Sequence record: OR455461.1 | DNA: 64,000 bases | Direction: 5' to 3' (one strand) | Part shown: positions 29,085-38,185 of the stretch, one piece after another | Layout: each line of letters starts with the position of its first letter | Numbering within the stretch: position 1 is the first letter of the stretch | Notes under the pieces: model-generated | The model's input: the letters and a program-made list of their open reading frames with translations, nothing else | What the model was told of the DNA's origin: nothing | Database searches by the model: none | Position numbers and translations under genes: made by a program

Positions 29085-29519
29085 ATATGTATAAATTAAC
29101 CCTAACCTCTTCGACTAATTCAAAATCAATCTGTAGGTTAGGGTTAATGTTACTTTTACGAGAAAAGTATAAAGTTGCTTTAATAATTTTTTATATCCTA
29201 TAAAGCATAAGAAGGATTAAAGAAACCAATATATGCATGGAACATATTAGGAATCTTATAGTGATATTTTAATAGTCTAGTTTTTCTTATATTAGGAACT
29301 AAAACTAGAAAACCTAAAGTGTATTAAAGTCAGATACTTATCACAAATTAATGTAAAATAAGTCCTCTTTAATACTTCTTTTTTAATACTTTTTTACAAC
29401 TAAAGATATGCCTTAACTTTAGTTGAATCTAATAAATTAAGTTTGGCATATCACTTAATTTATATTTTATTTATAGCAGGTCTGCAGCCAAGCTATAAGG
29501 ATGATTAATCCTATAGGGT
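29085..29519 (-). ncRNA. Candidate structured RNA (about 430 nt) directly 3' of a tRNA-like gene
   Basis: Dense hairpins, a kissing-loop pair and a long-range closing helix; no ORF. Confidence 0.5.
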
Positions 29520-29604
29520 TGTTCCTAATGAGATTCGAACTCATAACCTACAGATAAATTTTAATTCATAAATCTGTACGCTCTGACCATTGAGCTATAG
29601 GAAC
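29520..29604 (-). tRNA. tRNA-like gene with an expanded anticodon loop (no assignable anticodon; Ile-UAU-like if 11 nt are ignored)
   Basis: Acceptor GUUCCUA/UAGGAAC, D arm GCUC-AAUGGUCA-GAGC, T arm AUGAG-UUCGAAU-CUCAU; anticodon stem UACAGAU/AUCUGUA closes a 16-nt loop; no encoded CCA. Confidence 0.7.
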
Positions 29605-29964
29605 ATAGAAATTTAAAAAAAAATTAAAAGAGTACATTTATCATCTATGCACTCTTTTAAGTAAATAAATATATAATAATATCTATTAATTTTTAATTAT
29701 ACGTAAGGAGGCGTATGGATTTCTATTTAAAACCATGACATATTAAAAATAGAAACAAGAGAAACCAAAGAAACATTTTTAAACCAACAACGAGTGACAA
29801 AGTAAGTTATAATAGAATTTAATCTATTATATTTTTTAGTTAAATCAAAAACTAAAAAAAATCTATAATAATTTGACGAGAATCATTATAGATTTATACT
29901 ATATAGTTAATTAATATTTTTAAATAAAATTTTTTTAATAAATAGGAATTTTAGACCAAAAAAA

Positions 29965-30034
29965 AGCTTATCCGAGGGATCGAACCCCGGACACATGATG
30001 AAAATCATTGCTCTACCAACTGAGCTAGATAAAC
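29965..30034 (-). tRNA. tRNA-like gene with a 4-nt anticodon loop
   Basis: Acceptor GUUUAUC/GAUAAGC, D arm GCUC-AGUUGGUA-GAGC, T arm CGGGG-UUCGAUC-CCUCG; anticodon arm AUGAU-UUUC-AUCAU; no encoded CCA. Confidence 0.7.
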
Positions 30035-30081
30035 TTTCTTCATTATTATAATATATGTTTATATTTCACTATATTACGCTT

Positions 30082-30131
30082 TTAATAAATATAATCTTCT
30101 ATATCAATTTCATTTTGTTTAATTGTCATAT
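30082..30131 (-). repeat. Displaced duplicate of the RNAP beta' gene 3' end (MTIKQNEIDIEDYIY*)
   Basis: Matches 31402-31451 except for three synonymous third-position changes. Confidence 0.85.
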
Positions 30132-31366
30132 ATTCCTGAATTATGATAATACAATTTTCTTTTATTATCAAAAATTTTCATGGGTTCTTTGATTTCTATT
30201 TTATCTTTCATTTTTAAATAATGACTATATTTCATATTATCTAAAGAATTTGTTTTTACTTCTTTTTTGATAATATTTTCTAATTTTTCTTTTAAATTAT
30301 AATTTTCATTCTCATATAAAAATACAGTAGAAAATTTATTTTCTAAAAGAAATAGAGCTTTTTCTTGATGATAATATTTATCTTTAAATATTTCTGAATG
30401 CCAGTAAGCTCCATTACATTCGATAGCTATTTTTTCTTTAATATCATCAATATATAAAATTATATCAATTTCTCTTTTACCAATAAATTTATTATTTTCA
30501 ATATGATAACTATAATTTTCGTTGTCTAAAATTTCTTTTAATTCATCCAATACATTAATTTCAAATAATGAACGTTGTTTAGAATTACATTTACAACCTC
30601 TAGGACGATATCTATCATAATTTATATAATCTTTAAAAATAGTATTACATTTATTACATCTAAATGAATATATAAATTCTGAATTTATACCTTTAAATTC
30701 ATCATAAGTGTTTAAAATGTCTATATCATATTTTTTTAATAAATTCTTTAAATTATAATAAGTTTTATTTTTTCTAATTTTATTTAATTTTTCTTTTATG
30801 GTGTCATTTTTCATAGGATTGTCTACACCATATCTATTGATAAAAGATTCTTTTATTATATTTGACATATTAGGTATTTCATAAATATTATTAGCATCAA
30901 ATTTATTTTTTATTTGATCTTTAATATTTATGAAATTCCCATTATTTTTTAAAGTATTATGTGATTTAGAAGATATTACTTTATTTTTCATAGGATTGTC
31001 TACACCATATTTATCAATAAAAGCTTTCTTTCTTTTAATATTAAAATCTTCTATTTTATTCATATTGCTTGTTCCATACTTATCTTTTAAAGTTTTTCTT
31101 CCTTTTTCATATTTTTCAGGATCTTTCATAGAACAACTTCTAGAACAATATACTCCTAATTTATGTTTATTTTTTACAAATTTAACTTTATTTTTTCTAC
31201 AATACTTACAGTAAATTACAGAATTTATATCATTTCTTATATAGTACATTCTTTCAGATAAATTTACATCTTTAAATTCATTTAAAAAATCAGTGTATTT
31301 AATAATATCATTTTTATATTTATTTAAAGCAGGTCCTTTTATTTTCTTAATTTGTTCTAATTGCAT
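30119..31366 (-). CDS. Free-standing homing endonuclease (YGVDNPMK repeats, CxxC, C-terminal PD-(D/E)XK-like domain)
   Basis: YGTSN/YGVDNPMKN repeats, CKYC..C..C and CNKC..CKC motifs, EIDIIL..IAIECNGAYWHS; own ATATATTAT promoter at about 31390. Confidence 0.75.
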   Translation of the reverse strand: MQLEQIKKIKGPALNKYKNDIIKYTDFLNEFKDVNLSERMYYIRNDINSVIYCKYCRKNKVKFVKNKHKLGVYCSRSCSMKDPEKYEKGRKTLKDKYGTSNMNKIEDFNIKRKKAFIDKYGVDNPMKNKVISSKSHNTLKNNGNFINIKDQIKNKFDANNIYEIPNMSNIIKESFINRYGVDNPMKNDTIKEKLNKIRKNKTYYNLKNLLKKYDIDILNTYDEFKGINSEFIYSFRCNKCNTIFKDYINYDRYRPRGCKCNSKQRSLFEINVLDELKEILDNENYSYHIENNKFIGKREIDIILYIDDIKEKIAIECNGAYWHSEIFKDKYYHQEKALFLLENKFSTVFLYENENYNLKEKLENIIKKEVKTNSLDNMKYSHYLKMKDKIEIKEPMKIFDNKRKLYYHNSGIYDN

Positions 31367-31401
31367 ATTATCACCCTTTCTAAAATGATAATATATATTT
31401 A

Positions 31402-32956
31402 TTAATAAATATAATCTTCGATGTCTATTTCATTTTGTTTAATTGTCATATCATGGAAAGACTTCATAGAGCTTGTTACAATTGCTTGAGCTACCTGATT
31501 GACTAATAAACCAATATTTTCTATACCTAATTTGTAAGGGAGTTCTCCTGCACATTTACTACAGATATCTTCACTTGCACAATACATAGGACTTCTGAAG
31601 TTCAATACTTTCCCAATATGCTCATCTACATTTGAAGTAGTTAACAGTGTTAATTGACCTTTTCTTCCTGAATTATCTTCAAAATATCTATAAAGTAAAA
31701 GATTCGCATTATCTTTAGTTAAAGTTAATTTTAATGTATGTTTTGTTCTACAATCAGAACCTTGTTTATCTAATACAGTTGTTTGGAAAGCAGACATAAG
31801 TTTTTTAGCTTGATCATTTTATTATCTATATTTTATTATAGATTAGACTATATCTTATGAATTTAATCATTTCTATATTTAGTCGTTGAACAACTTAATA
31901 AAGTTGATGCTAGTTAGTTTTTAACATTCTAGCAATTAATAGAATTTATTGTGAGCATCTAATTTACCCACCTTCTTGAGTCATTTATGTTAATCTATAT
32001 TAATTTAATATAGATCAGACTATATCAAAAACTCTTTATGAGTTTAATTATATTTAGTCGTTGAACAATCATTCTGATTGATGCTGATTAAGTTTATCTC
32101 TTCTCAGCAATTAATAATTTTTCTATTATTACATTACTATAATAAAGGGCATTCATATACCTAAAGCACGTCCAGCTGAACCAGCAGTCATAATGTCTCC
32201 AAACATATATAGTTCTTCTGGATCAATTCCATCAGCTAAAGAACTCTTAGCAATACGTATTTTACTAGGATCAGCGAAGTTTTTATTTGCTCCACGTATT
32301 AATGCAGTTAACTTGAAGTTATTTCCAAAACTACCTCTTGATCCACTATCATAAATATCAAGGTCTGCTAAACCTTCTAATTCTTCTTTACTTAACTTAA
32401 TTAATTCTTTTTCAATAGCACTAATAGCATTCAATTCTTCACCAGGAGTATTTAATGCTTTACCATATTTCTCTAGTAATTCTTCTTTCTTTTGTTTAAC
32501 TTTATCAGGAGCAACCATCATTGTAGTTGTCAAACTAGAATTAATAAATCCTGCTATAGAGAAACCAAGCCATTGAAGTTTATCAATATACATATTCATA
32601 TCTTTAGTTGTAATAACATCATTAAGTAATAAACTAGATAACTCAGATTGTAGATTTCCTACACCTGATCCTCCCATATCTTTATTCATATATCCTATAA
32701 TAGGTCCTATTTTATTGTCTAATATAAATTTATTAAATATATATCTTCCAACTGTTGTTCTTTCATCTTTACTATTATAAACTAAATCTTTTTTAAGTTT
32801 AAATCTATCGCTAGGATTAAACATTGGTTGTGTATTTTGTCTAAATGCAAATAATTCTTTAAGTTTATCAAGAGTAATATCTTCTTTTTTTATACTTAAT
32901 AAAGTTGATACTTCTTTCTCAGATAAATCTTTTTTATCATAAGTCATATTAACCAA
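31402..32956 (-). CDS. rpoC: Multisubunit RNAP beta' fragment (bridge-helix region), probably virion RNAP; spliced, 3 exons, about 408 aa
   Basis: Exons 32956-32159, 31981-31966 (16 nt), 31814-31402. Joining gives RALG-TQEGG-YQAKKLMSAFQ, equivalent to the beta' ALKTANSGYLTRRL motif; SGSRGS and CxxC also present; late promoter at 33001-32990. Confidence 0.85.
31815..31965 (-). mobile_element. Group I intron, ORF-less, 151 nt
   Basis: P1 exon GUGGGU / IGS GCUCAC with U.G; P4 UGCUAG/CUAGCA; R UUCAACGACUA; S GAUAUAGUC; ends AAAAUG. Confidence 0.9.
31982..32158 (-). mobile_element. Group I intron, ORF-less, 177 nt
   Basis: 5' exon ends GGU, IGS GCC; P2 with GUAA tetraloop; P4 UGCUGA/UCAGCA; R and S motifs; ends AUAAAUG. 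Confidence 0.9.
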
Positions 32957-32989
32957 TTTAATTTCACTTCTTTCATATATTATTTGTAA

Positions 32990-33001
32990 TATTTGAATGT
33001 T
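32990..33001 (-). promoter_or_regulatory. AR9-type late promoter AACA-N6-TA
   Basis: Same motif sits just upstream of many genes: plus strand 9288, 16701, 25911, 33226, 38143, 39504, 42806, 45911, 46976; minus strand 844, 14330, 15971, 33001. Confidence 0.75.
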
Positions 33002-33272
33002 ATCGTCAATTTTATATTTTTGTAATTTATAAAAATATCTCGTAAAAAATTTGAAAACGCCCGGAATATTATATTTATATAATAATATAATTATTATAAT
33101 ATATTAAAATATTTAAATATTTTAATATATAAAAAATATAATATTAGAGGGGGTATATTTAGATTTTGATTATATCAAAATCTAATAAATTATTTCTTCT
33201 TAAATTACATAAGAAAGATAAAGAAAACAAGTACATATATAAATTTATTAAATGAAAGGAATTGAATAATAA

Positions 33273-36200
33273 GTGAAGTATCTTAATAGATTAAAGAATT
33301 TAAAATTCTATTCAATTTCAGGATATAAGATTAAAGCTATAGATGAAAATATTAAGGATCAAAAGAAAAACCAATTAATAATTTATAAAGGTTTTAAAGA
33401 AAATTCATTTATAGAATTCTTAAATAGTGGTATATTATATTATCAAAATTTCAAGAATATTTATACTCCTAGAATATATAGAACAGCAAATAGAAAATCA
33501 AGATTAATTACTAATATTTCAGATTATCAACAAGAAATTAAAAGTAAATCAATTAAATCTTATAGAGTTGAAAGAAATGAGAAATTATTTAAAGGAAGAA
33601 ACTATATAGTTGATTCAAGTAAATTTATCAATCTTGAAGATAAATCTTTAATGACTAAGAATTTTAAAACTGTATCAGATTCAATTAAAAATACTTATAA
33701 TAATTTAAATAATCCAGAAGAATATGAAAATTTATTATATGTAATTAATGTAGATGGATACAATAAATCTTCTCAAGAAGCTATTAGACCAAATACAAAA
33801 GATTTTATGTCAAGTTTATTTATGATGATTAAGAATCAGGAAGAATTACCTCATAAAGAAAATCAAAATGTAGTAGCTTTATTTATTTCTATTGAGAACG
33901 GTATAATGTTTAAATTTGATTTTAAAGATTATAATAAATTCAATAATAGATTAAGACAAAGATTAAGAAGAGCTATTGATTTAAATACACAACAAATAGA
34001 TACAGATGAAATTTCTAATGTTGAAGATGATGATAATACAGAAGCTATAGATTCAACTATTAAAAAGAAATCATTTAGCAATGTTAAAGATATTGATCCA
34101 GTTGAATTACAAGATAAGAATGAAGATGAAGTTAATCAGGATATTGAAGATTCTAAGATGGAAAAAATATCTAAGAAAATAGATGATACATTAAGATATA
34201 TTAAATCTAATGATAATATTGATATGGATATTAATGATGAATATAATATTGCAATGATAATTGAAAAAGAATTAAACAATAATAATGATCTTATTGATAT
34301 TGATGAAGATACATTATACAATGATGTACTTGATAAGAATGATTCATTTAAATCAATTAAAAGAGATATTAAAAATAAATCATATATTGGAGACACTGCA
34401 TTAAAGAATTCTAAAAAGATATTATCACTAGCTAAAAATCAAGATGAATATCTTGAAAAATTAGAAGATTTTAGTTTCTCTGAAGATAGTATTATTGATA
34501 GAGAAATTAATGAAAATGTCAATAGTATTAATGATGAAGCAATAAACAATGTATCTTCAAATGATTTTGACTTATCTTATATGAAAAAGACATTTAATAA
34601 AGACTTTGTAAATATTATGAAGAGTTTTAATGATAAGGAAGAAATACCAGTATTCATTAACAAAATGAATGTAGAAGATAATTCAGATTCTCAATCATTA
34701 AAGAATACTGTAAAAGTTCAATTTAAGAGTCCTGATGGAATTAACCATAATGTAAAATTTGATGTACCTAAAATTATTGATGGTAAATATTTAAAATTAA
34801 ATGGTGGTAAAAAGGTTCTAACTAAACAATTAATGATGTATCCTATTGTTAAATATAGACCAGATACAGTTTGGATTACAACTAATTATAATAAATTTAT
34901 CATTGAAAAATTTGGTACTAAAGAGAATTCTGAAACTGAATGGCTTAAAAAAGTTATTGAAGATAAACAAGTACTAGAATACATTAAAGATAAAAATGAT
35001 ATTAATATTCAAAAAGGTAACTCATCTTTAATTAATAAAGAATATTTAACTTCTGTGTTGTATAATAATTTATCTAAAAATATATTAAGATTCTCTAAAG
35101 ATGATTTGATAATTGATTTTAATCAAAGAAATCTTAAAAAAGTTATTTCAGAAAGTAAAACTTTAAGTGAAATTGATTATGATAAAGATAAATACTATCC
35201 TATCGGTTATAGTTCAAACAAATCTAAATTAATATTGTCAAATACTACAGAATCTATTATTTTTAAAGCTACTAAAAGTAATATAGAATCTATGAATATT
35301 AATATTACAGATTATATTATTGAACAACTTGAAGATAATATTGATTTTAGTCTAATAGATAAAAAATTCAGTAAAAATATTCAAGCTAGTAAAACAATGG
35401 CATTTTCTCGTGTTAAAATTACTAATAAATTAATTCCTACAATAGTATTATTAGGTTTCTATAAAGGTTTAACTAGTATTCTTGATCTTTATGAAGTTGA
35501 TTATAAGTTTGTTGAAGAAAATGAAAGAATAACTATTAAAGATAAGAAGAATAAAATTAAATTCCAAAATGGTTATCTTATTTATTCAACAGATAAATTA
35601 AGATATGATTTATTATTATCAGGATTAAATACTATTCCTACTTCACAATATGACTTTGAAGAATTTAATAGTGAAACACCTTACTTAGAATACTTTAATG
35701 ATAAGTTCTATAGTCGTAATGTTGGTAAAGGAATTAAAAATGCATTAGATTTAGCAATGGATCCTATTACAGAAGATGTATTAAGAGATTTAAAATTACC
35801 TGAAACTATGGTTGAGTTATTACTCTTAGCTAATACCATGCTAGAAGATGTAACTGCTAGAGAACACAATGACATGGGAATATATCGTGTACGTGGTCCA
35901 GAACAAGTTAATGCTTTAATGTATAAAATGATTGCAAATGCATATAAAGAATATTCTGACTCTTACAATAATAAGAATCCTAAGAATATTTCAGTTAAAC
36001 AAGACCAATTAATTAAAACTATTATGGAACAACCTACTGTAGATGAAGTATCTGATCTTAATCCATCTTTAGAGATTGATAAGATGACTTCAGTAACTTT
36101 TAAAGGTCCAGCAGGACGTAATAATGAACAATCATATGAACCTGATATTCGTTCATATAGTGAAAGTATGCAAGGCGTATTAGGAATATCTAGTCCTGAT

Positions 36201-38095
36201 AGTAATAAAATTGGGGTAGTTAGACAGCTTTCATATAATTCATTAATTAAATCTACTAGAGGTTATACTGATGGCGGTAAAAAAGATGCTAATGATACAT
36301 CTCTATACACTCCATTAGAATTACTTAACCCTTATTCTAGTAGACATGCCGATAATCAAACATGGATAGTCGGCTTAAAAACTATTTAATTGCTGAAATT
36401 ACTTTAAAGTTAATCAGCATCAATCAAATTGTTCAACGACTAAATAATAGATACTAATTATATAATTAGTAATGATATAGTCTCAACTATGTATAAAGTA
36501 TATAGAAATAAGATAATGTCTCCACGTATTGGAATGACTGGTATATGAATGCCCTTTATTATAGTAATATAATAATAGAAAAATCTTTAATTGCTGAGAA
36601 AATAATAATTAAGTTAATCAGCATCAATCAAATTGTTCAACGACTAAATAAGATTATACCTAAACGGTATTTGATATAGTCTCAGCTTTAATTTATTTTA
36701 AAGAAGTTCATTAAGAACTAATACACAATAAACAAAGTGTATTAAGATAATCTGACTCAAGCCAAGCACGTAATTCCAACAAAAACTAATAGTAAACCAT
36801 TAGTTGGATCTGGTGTTGATAAATCTTTAGCTTATCAATTATCAGATACATTTGCTTTTAAAGCTAAACAAGATGGTAAAGTATTAAAAATTAACGAGAA
36901 AACTGGTTTAATGACAGTAGAATATATCAATGGTGAAAAAGATATTGTTGATATATCTGAAAAATTAGCCAAAAACTCTAACTCAGGTTTTTATCAATCT
37001 AATAAACTTGATCCACAATTTAATGTAGATGACACTTTTAATAAAGGTCAAATACTTGCTAAAAATAATAATTTCTTTGCTGGATCCGGTAAAGATAATG
37101 ATATTCAATTTACTTCAGGTAAATTATCTAAAGTATCTGTAGCTAGCTCATATGGTATTATAAATGCCTTTCATTATAGTAATGTAATGTCAAAAAATTA
37201 TTAATTGCTGAGAAATATTAAATTAATCAGCATCTCTACATTTATAGAGTTCAACGACTAAATATGATTATTCATTAATACTAATGAATTTGATATAGTC
37301 TAATCTATTATAAAAATATAATAGCTAATATAAATGACTTATGAAGATAGTTCTATTATTTCTAGTAGTATGTCTGAAGCAATGTCTACTAAAGTTACTA
37401 TGAAGAAAACAGTAAATATTCCATCAAACACAAATATTCAATATATAGTTAAAGAAGGTCAGAAAGTACGTACAGGTGATCCTTTAATGATATTTGAAAC
37501 TTCATTTGATGAAGAAGGTATTGGTTCTTTATTAGATAAAATCGGTAGTGAATTTGAACAAGATATTCAAGATATAGCTAATCGAGCTGTTAGAAGTAAA
37601 TATACAGGTAATATTAAAAAGATTAATATTTATTATAATGATGATATTGAAAATATGACTGATAGTTTAGCTAAATTAGTTAATAATTACATTAAAAAAT
37701 CAAATGATAAATATAAAGAATATAAATCTGGAGTTAAAAATAATAAAGAAACTTTACCTGGTATTGATGTAGATATTGCAGCTGTAGAGAAAATTAATAC
37801 AGAGAAAATTAAAGGAGAAAAAGTTGACGGAGTTCTTATTGAAATCTTCACTGAATATGAAGATGATATGAGTGTTGGAGATAAAATTAGTTTCTACGGA
37901 GCTTGTAAAACTGTAGTTGCTGATGTAACTCCTCCAAATGAATCACCTTATTCTGAATATAGATCTGATGAAGAAGTTGAAGCTGTATTCTCTCCATTAA
38001 GTATTGTCTCTCGTATGACAGTTGATATTTATATGATGTTATTCACAAATAAAGCTTTAATAGAATTAAAACGTAAAGTAAAAGATATGGTATAA
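33273..38095 (+). CDS. rpoB: Multisubunit RNAP beta subunit, probably virion RNAP; spliced, 4 exons, 1421 aa
   Basis: Exons 33273-36353, 36519-36542 (24 nt), 36755-37156, 37337-38095. Joining restores RHAD-SPRIGMTG-TQAKHVIP (cf. DANRALMGSNMQRQAVP) and SYG-TYEDS (cf. GYNFEDS); VGDK and FSPLSIVSRMT motifs follow. Confidence 0.9.
36354..36518 (+). mobile_element. Group I intron, ORF-less, 165 nt
   Basis: P1 exon GCCGAU / IGS GUCGGC with U.G; AAUUGCUGA, AAUCAGCA, GUUCAACGACUA, GAUAUAGUC; terminal G at 36518. Confidence 0.92.
36543..36754 (+). mobile_element. Group I intron, ORF-less, 212 nt
   Basis: 5' exon ends GGU, IGS GCC; P2 GUAA tetraloop; same core; three P9 hairpins; terminal G at 36754. 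Confidence 0.9.
37157..37336 (+). mobile_element. Group I intron, ORF-less, 180 nt
   Basis: 5' exon ends GGU, IGS GCC; P2 GUAA tetraloop; same core; ends AUAAAUG. The ATG starting the ORF-track 37334 call is the intron 3' end. Confidence 0.9.
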
Positions 38096-38185
38096 AATTT
38101 ATAAGATGATTAATATCTATTTAATCATCTTTTTTTTATTTTAACACTATAATATTAATAAACATATAGAAAAGAGGAAAATATA

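Noticed and set aside
29158-29885. Two ACGAGAA matches to the staphylococcal type III-A crRNA 5' tag in hairpin loops (anti-CRISPR RNA idea)
   Set aside because: Only 7 nt, found post hoc; a similar match occurs inside a coding gene (about 45120), so chance is sufficient.
29606-29963. Possible CRISPR array
   Set aside because: The hairpins are not sequence repeats, spacing is irregular and no cas genes are present.
36354-36389. C-terminal tails and starts given by the ORF track for RNAP/polymerase fragments (NQTWIVGLKTI, IINAFHYSNVMSKNY, MIRYSLIFIQLYEVNINV, Met at 37334)
   Set aside because: These are read-through into or out of intron sequence, not real protein.
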